Source: Sarea resinae
Lineage: Eukaryota
Assembly: GCA_026026165.1 (NCBI GenBank)
Contig: JAPEUD010000018.1
Location: 1-64,000, forward strand
Length of the DNA stretch: 64,000 bases
Direction: 5' to 3'
The translations under genes and the position numbers were made by a program. The first letter of the stretch is position 1. Each line of letters begins with the position of its first letter. Positions 1 to 13,054 of this stretch are shown one piece after another. Under the pieces are notes generated by a model. That model saw only the letters and a program-made list of their open reading frames with translations. It made no database searches and had not been told where the DNA came from.

Positions 1-796
1 GGGGGGGGGGGGGGGGGGGGGATAAAGACACGAGAATCGTCTCTCTCAAGGTCGAGATTTAAAAACTCGTTTTCTTTTCTTGTACATATATATATATCTA
101 TATCACACACAACTCACTACCCCCCGCGCCTGCCTGCTATGTCTGCTACGACCATAGAAAAGCCAGTTCAAATCAGACCCAATCAGATCAGATCCAATCA
201 AACCAAAGACAATTTCGTCTCACACGTTCAATACAGTACCTCAGACCTTGTCACGTACAAGTATGTCAGAACGCAGTCCGACAAGGAAAACCTGGTCCTG
301 AAAGGCGACGCCTAAAGCGAGGTGTGGAAAGACCTTGTAGTGGCGTTCTTTGTGTTGAAGAACGGGGTAAGATAGGACAGGATATGATAGGATAGTTAGG
401 TGGGTAGGTAGGTAGTAGGTAAGTAGGTCGGTCGGTCGGTAGGTAGGAAGATAGGTAGAAAGTCGTACGTATTCAACAGCTCCGAGGCTCGCTTCTTAGA
501 AGCCTCGCGGAAGACTTTAAGGCGAGGGTTGGGAAAAGGCGGGATGTACCATTAAGAAAGAAAAAGAGATATATAGAAAGAATTTATGCCAAAACGCCCT
601 AGTGGTGATGATGATGATGATGATGATAATGGTGCAGTAATACAATACTTGGAGAGAAGAAATTTCAGACCAAGGTAGGGAGGCAGGCAGGGCAGGCAAG
701 AGTCACACGAACACGAGATTCCCCTCCCCTCCCTCCCTTTCATCCGAAAAAAAAAACACCCCAAACAGGCCAGAGACACATGAATGATATCAACGA

Positions 797-2394
797 TCAA
801 GCCCACGCACCGACAATTGCCATCAACAGACTACCGCCGACAACGGCACCACAAGCCTCGACTCGTTTCCTGCCAACCAGATCCTCGTAGCTCTTGTCGC
901 TCAGAAAGTCCTCGGCGAGAAGCTCGACCAGGCCGGCGAAGAGCAGCAGACCGCTGCTGATGGCGTTCATGACGCCAACCATGAGGAGCCCGGTCTGCGA
1001 GGCCGGATCGTACATGTTGTGCACGAGTAGACCGATGGCTTGGCCGATGGGCGTCGTGGTGCCGTACGCGAGGGCCATGAGCCATGGTTTGGCAGAGGTA
1101 GGGCCGAAAGCGGTTACGGCGGCTATGCGGGAGCCGAGAGCGAGGCCTTCGAAGGTTTCTTGAGGGGAAAAGGAGAAAGATGTGAGGAGAGTGCCATAGT
1201 GAGATGAAGGGGAGGGGCATTTGTAAGGGAGGGAACTTACGATGAAAGCTGATGGCGACGAGTAAGACGATAAAGGGCGTGCCGGTTGCTACACTTAGAG
1301 CCATGCCAATAAATACGCTATGGAATAATATCCCGGCTTCGAGTAAGAGACATTGCAGAAGCATCTTCTTCTGCTCCTGCTGCTCGGAAAGACCAGGCGA
1401 CATCCCTTCTGCTGCCGGGTCATACTCTTCGTCGGAAAATGTCTCGTGGCCTTCTCGCCGAGGCGGGGATTTTGCAAATCCGTTGCTCTGCCGTCTCCTT
1501 GTACCCTCGCTTGCCGGGTCGAGTTCGTCAAGATCCAGGTCAGGCTCGGAGTCTTCTTCAGCATCGAAGTAGTTCTTCCCATGCTCCGGTGACCCAGGAA
1601 GAGGGGAATGACTCGCAATGAGGTGTTCCGAAGACGCATTCATATCTCCCAACACGATATCCCGTTGCCTCGGCTCCTCTCCTATCGGAACCTGCTGAAA
1701 TGGCCGCAAGCTCGCCTGCCTTCGATGTTGTGGCCTTTTCGCGGGATGATTATGTATTCGAGGGGCATCCTCCGGCTCTGCCAAATTATCGTAGTCACTA
1801 CCATGCATGTGCCCGGCACCCCTTGTTGCGAAAAACATCTCGATGCCAACGACCGTCAGAACCGAGATCATTGCAATCAATCCCGCCATTGCCGGGTATC
1901 CATCGTTCCAGAAGGACGGCAGGCAGGGGTCAGTGAGGGATATGAATGCAGTAGGTAGCAGATGAACAAACGCCGTTGCAATGAGCACCCCTGTACCGAA
2001 ATGCCGAGAGAGGAAAAGGAAGTGATGCGGGACAGGTAAGCGGGGAAATCGGCGGACGATGATGGGAAAAGAGCATGCTTGGGGGAGGTCAGCAATGGAG
2101 AGTCAAGGCGATGCGCAATCGCATTGATGCATACCCAGAGTACTCAGCGCGAGTATCAGGAATAGCGCTATAACGTGCAAAGGTGTATTGTAAACCCCCT
2201 TCGAGCCAGACCCGCATGCTGGTTTCTGCGGGTCATCCTGTCGTCTCGAGAGTTCTGCCTCTAGTAATGAAGTCGAGATCTGTTCCCAGGCTGGCTGATA
2301 TGCTGCAAGTGAAAATGCCATTAGACTCCACCGCGCGCAATCAGTTGAGGATGAATGCCGATGACTTACCGCCAGGAGGAGCATGTGTAGACAT
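797..2394 (-). CDS. ZIP family zinc/iron permease (4 exons)
   Basis: Spliced model MSTHAPPG|AYQPAW...; motifs HFGTGVLIATAFVHLLP, GAGHMHG loop, LLEAGILFHSVFIG, FHQTFEG, GLLLFAGLVELLAEDF, C-terminal IVGAWA. Confidence 0.92.
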
Positions 2395-2856
2395 GATTCG
2401 GGGTCCCCAGGAAAGAGAACGAGATAAAAGCAGGAGAGAAAGCAAATGTTATCGGATCAAGAATATGAGATGGTCCCTCCTTCTCCTCCAGGCCGGCATC
2501 TCATGAGCCGGATCAAAGGTCTATTATTTCATGCATAGGATCGAGCAAGAGGAAGCAATTCGAATGATTGCATCGCCAAATTGACCGAGCTATGGCGAAC
2601 TCGAGGATATTATTGTTGCTGACGACTCGCCTACTCCTTCCTCCGCGACCGAGCATCTTGCCCATTGCCTATTGCCTATCCATGATAGCCGAACTGATGC
2701 TTTCCCGAGCCTCTAGACTGCCTACGGTAACTTCCCCGTCTAGTCAAACCACCCCCTACCCACGCTTAGTCTGCCTACGGCCAACGAGAGTCGTCCTGGT
2801 GAAGCTGACCATGAAAACAATGGTGAAGTCAGAGTGTATGGAGACGCTGGGAATGC

Positions 2857-2901
2857 CAGTCAATTCGCAGTCAATTCGCAGTCAATTCGCAGTCAAATCG
2901 C
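2857..2901. repeat. 11-bp tandem repeat (CAGTCAATTCG) x~4
   Basis: Three perfect copies plus one with a mismatch, between the PDI stop and the ZIP start. Confidence 0.9.
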
Positions 2902-2949
2902 CGGAAATGCTATCATGATTGTGGGGAGAAACATGTATTCAAGCGCTTT

Positions 2950-4504
2950 TCACAATTCGTCATGCTCCTCAGCCTCGCCATCTACGACACCGTCAGGAAG
3001 TCTCTCCTTCTTTCCATCTCCGAACCTGATCTCATCGATCCAGCTCTCGACATCCTCCTGCTTAAAATCTTCGCTGGAATATCGTCTCCACCACGTCCTC
3101 CGAGCATTGACCGCCACAAGTTCGACCTCCCCATCCCCTTTCAAACCCAGAATCTCTCGTAATTCTGCTGCTGCGGCATTTTCTGCTGGCAAGCCGTAGA
3201 ACGGAAACAAAGGCGTCTTCATGTGTCTGTACTTATCTGAGATTTCTGCCAGACTGGCTAAGGCAAGAGTTGCCCTTTCAGGAAGCTCTGTCTCGGGGCT
3301 GGGTTTGCTCGGAAGGAATGCAAGTACGCAGGTCGTAGTTTTCGATCCGATACAGGCCTTTTTGAGCTGCTCTGGCGTCTCTAGAGTCGGTATTGGCTTT
3401 GGCGCATCCACCACAGGTGCCGGAGCAGGTGCGCCATCTGGGGTTGCGATTGGATCAGGCGATTCGGTGGGATTGCTATTGTCCTCCAGCACAATAGACG
3501 TGGCACTTGCTTTAGCTTCAGAGGCCTCCGCGGATGCATGAGAGGCCGATGCAGCTGAGAAGGAAGATGAGTCCTCATCAGACTTGGATTGATGGAAGTC
3601 TTCATCGTTGTCTTTGGACTTTCTGGTGGATTTGGGTTTCTTCGGAGCAGGATCTGGATTTGGTGGCGACATTTGACTGAAGAAGGACACTAGAGCTTCC
3701 TTTTTGAGCTCGCCGTCGTAGACCAGAATCTCTTCAGTCCCACCTGGAAGGAGAATCAGTGTAGGAAATGAAGTGATGCCGAACAGCTCGACGGAAGCTT
3801 TCTCCTTGGATCGGATTTGCGCGAAGCTTATGCCACCCAGGAAGTCAATAGCAAGGGCTTTGATCAACGCGCTCGTAGTGCCTTTATCCGTGAACAGAAT
3901 GGCTTTTGCAGTCCCGTTGCTCTCCGTCAGCCATTCTTCTAGTCCCTTGTCGGTAACTTTCTTCACATGATTCGGCATCCGATCTACCACCGCATCTACG
4001 ATGCCTTTGGCACTTCGTGACCCTTGGTAATCTTCGACAGTGGGCCGACCTGGTTTCTTAGACGGTCGTACGATTTTGAGAGTCGGAAATCCTTTGACGC
4101 CCATGCCCCCACAAAAGGCCTTGTTGGAGTCATCATCGCAATTGACGGCGGCGACCTTGGCGAGACCATTCAGGTTCTTCGCGGCTTTCTCGTATGCTGG
4201 CTTTAGATTCTGACAGTGTCCACACCAAGGGGCGTAGAATCTATCTAGTGAGCGTTTGTCCTCGGCGAAACACAAAGGGCAGCTTACTCGACAATCTGGA
4301 GGAACGTCAGCTTCGGGCCTTCGCAGACATCGGGCTACTAACAGATGTATAATTAGACCTTGCGATGAGCGAGTCGTAGCTCTTGGCGTCGACTTGAAGC
4401 ACCGGTGAAGCCTTTGTATAGAGTCCAGCAGAGGACACAGGCAATGCGAGAAATAGAGCTGCCGCAGCTGCAGTTGCAGCAGAAAGAAGCCTTGCTTGAA
4501 CCAT
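2950..4504 (-). CDS. Protein disulfide isomerase, Mpd1/PrpA-like
   Basis: Signal peptide MVQARLLSAATAAAAALFLALPVSSA, single WCGHC thioredoxin site, C-terminal HDEL; 3 exons including an 8-nt microexon at 4288-4295. Confidence 0.93.
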
Positions 4505-5100
4505 AGCTACTGAAGCTTCAGCTTTTCATGGAGGACCAAATCGGCATTGACTTCAGCAAGCGTTCATGATAGGTGAGGGGGGCATTCATGCATGCGAGGT
4601 GGGCGCTTGCTTCCATGTTCCATTGAGATCCATACGAGGCCGAAAGGTCAAGCTGTCTTCTTCGATCGCGAAGTCTTGAGTACCTGTGCTGCTGCCTCGC
4701 GGAGGGTACGTGGCAGGTATATATACACATCCCCTGCCATCGAAGCTTCAGGTAAGGATGCTGCGGCCATGATGCGGCCTCGGACTGCCGGGGGCCCGGT
4801 CTCGCGGTTTTTCCGTTCCCGGTGTGGGGTTTTAGTGCCGCCAGTGCCTCCAGTGCCGTGAACTCGTTCGTCATGCGAGCTTACCTTACCTCACACCCTT
4901 ACCCGCCTCTCTGGACTAAGGTTGAACTCGTAACTTTTATCTTCAACACCAGTGAGAATTAGCACCGTTCAACCCCTCTTGCTACCTTACCGCACTTCTT
5001 GGCCGAGCTTTTATACTCCCTGGAGGCTACACTCTTGGAGCGCAGGACTCCTCAGCATTATCCCTACGTTTAGCTGCTGGCTGTCGGAAAGGCAAAGAAC

Positions 5101-6521
5101 ATGGCCGCGAATCTACCGGCAAAGCTGAAGACGGCCGACCTCTCGCGCTTCGCCCACCGCGCGGCGCAAGTTGAGAAAGCGAAACCAGAAGTGGCCTATT
5201 GGTGTGAGCCTTAATCACTGGCTTTGACGATCTTGGAGCTGAACGTCTCTGTAGGCAACTACTGGATCGTGAACCAAATCTTGTCAAAAGGTCTACATTC
5301 TGCAGATGACGAGTGCATGTCTTACACGATGAACTTGATGGATAAACTTGAAAAGGTGCGCGCCAGGATCCTTGTATGCGGAGGCCATTATTTGGAAAGT
5401 AGCTAAAAACCCCGAAGACCAAAGCAGAATATGCGGATAATGATACCATCACCGACGACGTTGCTGGAAGAGCATATATCGAACAATTCGGTCTACAGAC
5501 CTTTCAGAGAGCAGACAATGCAGTGAGAGCGAACAAGGCCTCGAGGTACTTCCCACACACCGGATCCATCTGATCTCCAGGCATTGACTGTATACATAGG
5601 CAGACTGCGGACACATTTCAGGCTGCGGCGACTTTTCTGGATCTTGGGCACATCTGGGGTGAATTGGATCCGGAGGTCGCATCCAAAGTCAAATATGCCA
5701 AATTCCATGCTCTTCGGATTGCCAAAGCAATCAAAGCGGGGGAAGATCCCAACCTTTCAAACCCGAGCCCTGAGCCTTCTCCCAGCCAGGAAGAGCCCCC
5801 ACTGGATCCTAACGACCCTGAAGTACAACTCATAAACGGCACGTCCACCGATTTCTCAGCTACGGACAAGCCACGGCAGCCATCTATTCAAGAGATACCC
5901 GACGAACAAGACCGGTTGGAACCGAGGCTCGCCGCACAGTCTGCACTTGACGAATCTCTCCATCCTTCACGCGCATCATCAATTCCTCGTCAGCCAGCTT
6001 CTCAATCCCCACCTTTGCCTCCACAGTCGGCGGTAGATTTGCCTGATCCTGATAGTCAGCCCCCTGAATTTGTGGGCTACTTTCCCAAAGTACCAACCAA
6101 CGAGTCAGAGCCTAGCGCCCCTATCCTTCCCACAGCCCCTGCAGACGAATCAGAAACCTTGGGCTTGTCGCAGCCCAGCCTGCCTTCTTTCATTGATCAT
6201 GATCCTGTATCCGGCGGGCTTCCCGCTACATCCGACCATCCGATCGCAACATCTCCAGATGTGGTTCGCCGTTTGGCACCACCAGCTCAGTTGGATAGTC
6301 CCGAGGAACATGATTACTACCGTCAACCGACGACGAACTCCCAGCCTTCGAGCCTGCTCCCTCCGGTAAAAGACGCAGAGAAGTATGTCAGCGACGAAGA
6401 GGCGATTGTGAGCGCGCAGAAACATGCTAGATGGGCTATATCGGCGCTCAACTTCGAAGACGTGAATACTGCAGTAAAGGAATTACGAATTGCGCTGGAT
6501 TCTTTAGGAGCAAGGCCATGA
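5101..6521 (+). CDS. vta1: Vta1-like Vps4 cofactor (ESCRT)
   Basis: N-terminal MIT region (VAYWCNYW, LMDKLEK, KVKYAKFHALRIAKAIKAGEDPN) and C-terminal VSL (AQKHARWAISALNFEDVNTA); 4 exons. Confidence 0.92.
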
Positions 6522-7405
6522 TAGTGGAGGCATTGATTACCAGCGTTTTGTAAATGTTGTGATGTGCGAGTCTCAAGTGAACGTGTTTATGCCGTACCTA
6601 CCTTAGGGAGCTAAACCTTCCATGTTGTTCGCAGAAGCGTCAGTGACGTTATCACAGGAGTATCTCGTCTGGCCAGTTCCAGTCTGAGAACTCTTCATCT
6701 CACCTGCCTTCCAAAGGTCTTTACCCTACACTATATTTCTATTTACTTGCAGGCCAGGAACTCGCCTCCAAGCGGTGAATCATCTGGAAGTCTCGGAACG
6801 CGGCTTTCCTTCACCAGAAGGTAACCCTCATATCTCCCTGTTGACGAGTGAATTCGATTACCTTGTACATCGATTCCAATATCACTCACTTTAGCCCTTG
6901 TACACTATCTGTATACGAATACATTTATCCTGCCGCCAAGTTGGTTTCAACCTGTTCGTCGGCGACCTTGTTTGTCACAAGTCTACAAGTCTCGAGTAGG
7001 AGTCTCCTGATAGACGTTTAGATGCCTCGACTCTGCTTACCTTTACTTGAATCGGTCAGTCCAAAGATTCTAATACATCGAACATCGGTATCCCTTCGGG
7101 GCGTGAAGGTCATTGCCTTGACGATCAGTCTTCGATCACAACGATATCATTAACTACTCACTCTTGATTGAGGGCGAACTGATCCAGAAACAGATCATTC
7201 TCGATAAGTTAGTATCAAGAAGCATCACAGAGTACCTTGAGTTTACTAACTCTCATAAAGGCGTTGAGATACTGTGATCACACCCTTCTTCAATTCAAGT
7301 GAGCCTTCATAACAGTAAGTCACGGTATCTTCATGCGATGGCCTTAGCTTACCAGAAATCTGGACCTTCTTTAGCTTAGGGAACACGGTACCACAATTTT
7401 TCATC

Positions 7406-8543
7406 ATGCTCAAATCACTCGATCCAAATTCCCAGACCGTCAAGCGGCAGCGTTCTTGTTCGAGAGAGAGGCTAGGCATAAAGAACGGGCTGAGCGAGCA
7501 AGGCCGTGTAACTAAACGCCAGAAGAAAAGAGCCATCCAACGGGATCCGGGCAAGCAAGAACGTCTCTCAAAAGGCCAGCGGAAAAGAGCCAATCGACAG
7601 CGACGGATAAGGGCTGCTCAACACGAAAGTAAAACAACTTTACCTAAGCTAGGAAGCCCTGATTTGTTAGATACTCTCTCCTCGAATCTCGCCAAATTCA
7701 ATATTATTCAGACTCCACCATCTCACGCTCCAGAGGTTAGGCATGCTGGCGGGAATGCATACTCATCCGAGTACAATCGGCAATACGTGGGAGATTTTAC
7801 TAATCCATCACGCCTCCATTTGATCGAAAAGCCTCCTAGTAATTTCTCCTTCGGTAAGTGGATGCCTATGTCATGTTCTCCTTTCTCTTAAGCAACCTCC
7901 TATTTCTTCTACAGCAGCCTCTCAACGTGTTGTTACTGAAATATCCGATACTGACGATGAAGGAAAAGGTGACGTTGTCATGGGTGGTGTTACACCTCCC
8001 TATGAGAAGGGCAACACAGGCAAAGGCTCCAATGATTCGCGCCTAACCTTGAAGAGAGATTCTGATTCTTTGCACCTGGATCTTCGAACTGCGAATGACT
8101 CCGAAACTGATTCTGGAGCTGCCAAAACAATGCTATGTTCCAGAGACTTGTTACATCGAGTAGGTGAAGGTCCACGGGCTCATGCTTGTACGCCTAGGAT
8201 GCCGAGCTCTCAAGCAATAGCAATGACCCGCCTTTACATTAAGACTTCTCTAAATCCCTTTGAGAGGTCACAAATTGTCTCTCTTGCCACTTGCCCAACA
8301 TACGAAACCTTTTTCGATGGCGTGCTCGAACATTGCGGTCTTCCAAGTTTGTTCTTCAACTATGCGAAAGAGATGACTATCAGATATCCTTGGCCAATGG
8401 GACACCTTCTCCTGAGGAGGGGCATTGTCGAAGATTGGAATGCCTTCTGCGAGGATCTCTGGTATGGGTGGACTGTCGCCCAGGATCGTGTCGATAATCT
8501 TCGGAGCTGTCACGTCAGGGTCTTCATCCGCATGGAATTTTAG
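7406..8543 (+). CDS. Hypothetical protein A: basic N-terminus plus uncharacterised C-terminal domain (paralog of 13055-14551)
   Basis: ORFs 7406-7891 and 7980-8543 are joined in frame by intron 7854-7914 (GTAAGT...CTACAG); C-terminal similarity to protein B. Confidence 0.7.
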
Positions 8544-9043
8544 CTGGTCGATTCTTGATTGCTCTTTACTGCCCGACTTGCTCAACGGTATGGGGTGGGA
8601 TTTGAATCAAAAGCTTTAAAATAGGGCGGCAGAGGTGTAATTATCCTACATCTATCAGGGCGCGCAATGTCGTCCATGTCCGTCCACTTTTTGCAAAATC
8701 TTTCAGCAGTGCTTTCGCCCTGTCAGTCCCATGACGCAGCTTACCTTCCCCTCTTTACTTTTATGAACTAAGCTCCGTGTCTGTCGTCTCGTCAAAGAAA
8801 CCATACGGTACATCTATAGCGCTTCGTGTTGCCCCTTCTATTTATCTTCGGGGAATGGCTGATGGGGAGTCTATCGTTAATGAAAATGTCTCAGGCCTCT
8901 TAGCTCTCGAGCGACCTTTTTCTTTTCCCAAAGAGTCCAGCGTTACGAGCGAGGCAGCTTCTTTGGTCTTCGCAAATCTTCTACATGTCCAGATACCTCC
9001 TGAAGTCCCCTTCTTATCTACTGATGAAATCTACTCCAGCCAC

Positions 9044-10215
9044 TCACTCGGGCTCCTGCCCCTTCCATCTCTCCATGGCCGCGCCAACATCGATCCCGCA
9101 CAGCTCAGCCCTCCTCACCAGCCCAGCCGCACGCTCAACGACGGGTCTGTCGATCATCAAGCCCTCCAAAGTCCACGCGCCCCTGCCATCCCTACTTCCT
9201 GCCTTCTCGTCGGCCACCAGTACGCGCACAGCCCATTCGACCTCGGCCTCTTCGGGCGCAAAGACCCGCTGGGCAACCTCGACCTGCGCGGGATGGATGA
9301 CCTGCTTGCCGTTAAAGCCGAGGCCCTTACCACCGCGGCACTCGTGCTCGAGCGTGGACAAGCCCGTCGGCGGGCCATATGCCGTGCAGACCAGGTCGAT
9401 GGTCGAGGGGAGCCGGGCGGCGCGCGCGGCTGTCACGATCGCCGAGCGTGCGTAGAGGAATTCGGTCAGTGAGGGCGTGCGCGTGAGAGAGAGGTCATGC
9501 GCGAAGTCCTCGGCGGCGAAGATGAGGCCGGAGAGGTAGGGCGTGCTGGTCGTTAGGGCCGGGAGGGATATTATGGCGCGTGCGGATTCGATGAGAGCGA
9601 GGATGCGCAGGGGTGGAGGCTGCTGCGAGGAGGAGGCCGAGCTAGAAGGGTGGCGGGAAGGCAGCAGGTGGCGGAGCATGTCGGTTATGAAATGCAGGTC
9701 TGAGGCGGAGTTGACTTTGGGTACGACGATGCTGTCGAGGCTTTGGGCGGGCGATTGTAACTATTACTCTCCCTCTCTCGGTCTCTGTCAGCCCCTTCCA
9801 ATCTGACGAATGGTCATTCATCTGTCATCAAGGATTTTGCCCCCATTCCCAGCCCTCTCCGTTGGGAAGCGCTCACCACCTCCCGCAAATCCTCCTCCGC
9901 CAGCCCGCTCTCCACCGAATTTATCCGTACGCCGACTTCCCGGATTCCTGGCGCGCGTGGCTGGTTCAGGAAGTGTCGGATGTTGGTGCGGGCGGTGGCT
10001 TTCTGGGACGAAGTCACGGAGTCTTCGAGGTCGTAGGCGATGCTGTCGACGGCGAGGGAGCGAGACTTCGTGAGCATTTTGGTGGAGGAGGCGGGAACTA
10101 TGTTGGCGGATGGTGTCAGTCAGGCTGTTGAAGGAGAGAGAGAGAGAAAGGGGATTCGCGGTGTACCATAGAGGAGAGCTCGGCGCAGGATCGAGGCTGG
10201 CGGAGGGGAAGCCAT
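9044..10215 (-). CDS. Citrate lyase beta-subunit-like (CitE; HpcH/HpaI aldolase family)
   Basis: LRRALLYVP, YDLEDSV, VRIN, LIESA, LIFAAED, GFNGKQVIHPAQV, MIDRP; 3 exons. Confidence 0.9.
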
Positions 10216-10750
10216 TGTTTGTTGGTTTGGTGGTGAAGGGTGGGATAGAAGCTGCTGAGAACTTATCGAGAGGTCCAATTATACGTATGAGTTGGTGATA
10301 TGATAGGAGCTGTAAAGACCAAGCGTTAAGAGAGAGAGGGATATAGCATCTATCTGACGCTCTGGCAGATCAAGACTGTTGAATCGGCCAAATTCCGTCA
10401 CCTATCCAATCGATCATTCATTTACGTCGCCGGAGCTTCCCCACATTCTAGAGTATGCTTGAAGCGCGCGGCCGTCGTCTGTGCTTTGTACTTTGTACCA
10501 GGGGTCCAATGCCGTATCGGGTTACGTATGCAGATGCCGGCAACCTTGGCCGCATCAATTGATTGAACAGCTTCATCGACTCAGCTCCTCATTTACCAAC
10601 ATTACCATCTCCCGACCTCAACGAGACCGCGCGCGCTGACGGCGCTGCTTCTTGAATCCTTCAGAACATCCGAGCTTCTGGGACATTGCCTTGACTGCGG
10701 GAAAAGAGGACGCGTGATCGATCAAGAGACCAAACCCTAACGAGCGCGCC

Positions 10751-11723
10751 ATGGATGATCAGCAGCCGTCGGGCAGCTTGAGCTGGCGACTGAGCTCACA
10801 TCCGATCACGTTGCTTGTCTTTCTAGGGTTCAGGATATGTGCGTCTGATTTCCTCTGTCTCTACGATCTCGCGGCGGCTTTTGTGGGGTGGGAGAAGGAG
10901 GAGTGGAGAAAAGGGCAGGAGATGAGGCAACAGTAAAAAGGAGAGGAATGAACACGGGAAGCACGAAGATACTGGGGCTTTGCTATTCTTTCTGAAAGCT
11001 TCATGTCAGAGACAATTGCTAATGCTGTTCTCTTCATCAAAACAGCCAGCCTCCTTGTCTACCTCTTTGGCCTCCTCTTCACCAATAATTTGTACGGTCC
11101 TTCCTGAGCCCGCCTCTCCAACAACCCCCCAACTAACACCCTCTCAGCGTTCTCATCTTCATCATAACGATCCTTCTCCTCGCGAGCGACTTCTACTACC
11201 TCAAAAATATCGCGGGCCGGCGACTCGTCGGACTACGATGGTGGAACGAAGTCGACCAGGCGTCCGGGGACTCGCACTGGGTGTTCGAGAGCTCAGACCC
11301 GAGCACCAAGGTGGTCAACGCGACGGACAGCCGGTTCTTCTGGCTGGCTCTGTATGCGCAGCCACTGCTCTGGGTCGGGCTGGCCGTTGTGGCGATCGTC
11401 AAATTTGAGTTTATCTGGCTGAGTCTTGTTGGTGAGTTGCCCTCGGCTCGGCATTCTACCGCTTCCCGGCCTTTATAATTGGTCTTGAGGATTTCGGCCT
11501 CTCGTGAATGTTAGCACTGGGTGGTCAAGGACACAGGCTAATCTTATTCGAATCCGACATAGTCATCGCACTGGTCCTCACCATCACCAACACCCTCGCC
11601 TTCTCCCGCTGCGACAAGTTCGGCCAGGCTTCCAACCTGGCCTCCAGCGCGCTTTACTCCGGTGGGCTGGCCGGCAATATCGCCGGCGGCATGGTAAGTC
11701 GGCTGTTCCGAAGCCGGGGATGA
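10751..11723 (+). CDS. tvp23: Golgi apparatus membrane protein Tvp23
   Basis: [46 protein letters not shown]; 4 exons. Confidence 0.93.
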
Positions 11724-12041
11724 GCGCACCCGTGCCGGCGGGGTATGGTGTAGGTAAGGTGGGGAAATGAAAACGTGCAGGGGAGGCAGACGTGGACAGA
11801 AGGATCGGTAAAAGAAAGGGGCTGGCGAATACGAGAAGTACAGAGTACCGAGGAGAACTCGAAAAGCAAGAGGAAAGGGAAAGGAAAAAAAGAAAAAAAA
11901 AATATGAAAGAGAAGACAGACGGCGAAGACAATAGCTTCAAGTCTGAGATTCTACTTGTGCCTTTGTTTCTGCTTCGTAAGGTCTGATTTGATCTCGCTT
12001 CCCCCGCTCCTGATTTCTCGTTGCTTGAGTTTTCTCTCCCT

Positions 12042-12896
12042 CCCCCCCCCCCCCCCCCCCCCCCCCCCTCTCTCTCTTTCTCTCTCGCTCTGCGTCTTCC
12101 TAACCTCACCTCACCCCAGACCACAACATAACTCTAACATCGCCCTATCGCTCTCCACGCCCCTTTTGCTACTCTCGTAACATTGATCCCTTTGCTTCTA
12201 CTCTAATACCTCTACATCACTCCCTCTCTCTCCCTCTCTCTCTCTCTCCTTTTCTCCTTCTCCTTCTTTCTTTCTCTCTCCAATTGACTCAATCAGGTGT
12301 CCATAAGACCCACCGCACCCTCTCGCCCTACCTTACCTCACCCCATCTTCCAGCTCATACCTCACCTTCCAGCTCATCTCCCACCACCTTCCCCCTCTTC
12401 GCGCACTGCCTCTCCCCATCTACATCTCCTACCTACACCTGTGCCCTTACCTCTACCTGTACCCGTACTTCTATCACTCTACACGTAGCCAAACCGCTCT
12501 GATCCCGTCCCTATTTTCTCTGGCGTTGGGCGTGACCATTTTTTTTTTTTTTGAGAGAGAAAGGGAGAGATAAAGATGCGATGTGGACTACGAATTCGAG
12601 ATCCGGAATCCGGAATCCGGAATCCGGAATCGGGTTTGTATGGGGGAAAGAGTAGCTAGATAGATCGATAGAGAGAGAGGAAGAGATGAGAATTTTGTGC
12701 TATTTTCGATCCATGTGTGTACGTGTGTGTGTGAGAGAGGGCGGTTTTTTCTTTGGACAAGAGGAAAGGAAAGGATTTCATATTGCCGCCGCCGCCAGCA
12801 CCGCTCAGAGCCCCCGCCGGCAAGTCCATGAGATATCATCATATATCCGGCGTCAGCCCAACAGATCCAGCCCAGCCCAGCCCAGCCCAGCCCAGC
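12042..12896. repeat. Simple-sequence-rich intergenic island: poly-C 12042-12068, (CT)n, (ATCCGGA)x4 12601-12631, (CCAGC)x6 12867-12896
   Basis: Read directly from the sequence. Confidence 0.85.
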
Positions 12897-13054
12897 TCCT
12901 ATCCCATCGCCGTTGATTAGCTGCAACTATTGGCCATCCCGCCTAGTTAGTGGTCAGCGGTCGAGGTTGTAAGATATGCGTGGTGCTGAGTAATCTATCA
13001 AGACTGAGTGGGTACGTCTGTCAGGGGTTTGGTACATTATGTGGTCATTTAGAT

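Noticed and set aside
146..170. 5S rRNA-like start (TACGACCATAG)
   Set aside because: Similarity ends after about 11 nt
483..507. Hairpin CGAGGCT...AGCCTCG downstream of the ZIP gene
   Set aside because: A 7-bp stem is within chance expectation and matches no known element
4707..4715. UPRE-like TACGTGGCA upstream of PDI
   Set aside because: Plausible but short, and its position relative to the nearby TATA-like tract is ambiguous in a bidirectional promoter
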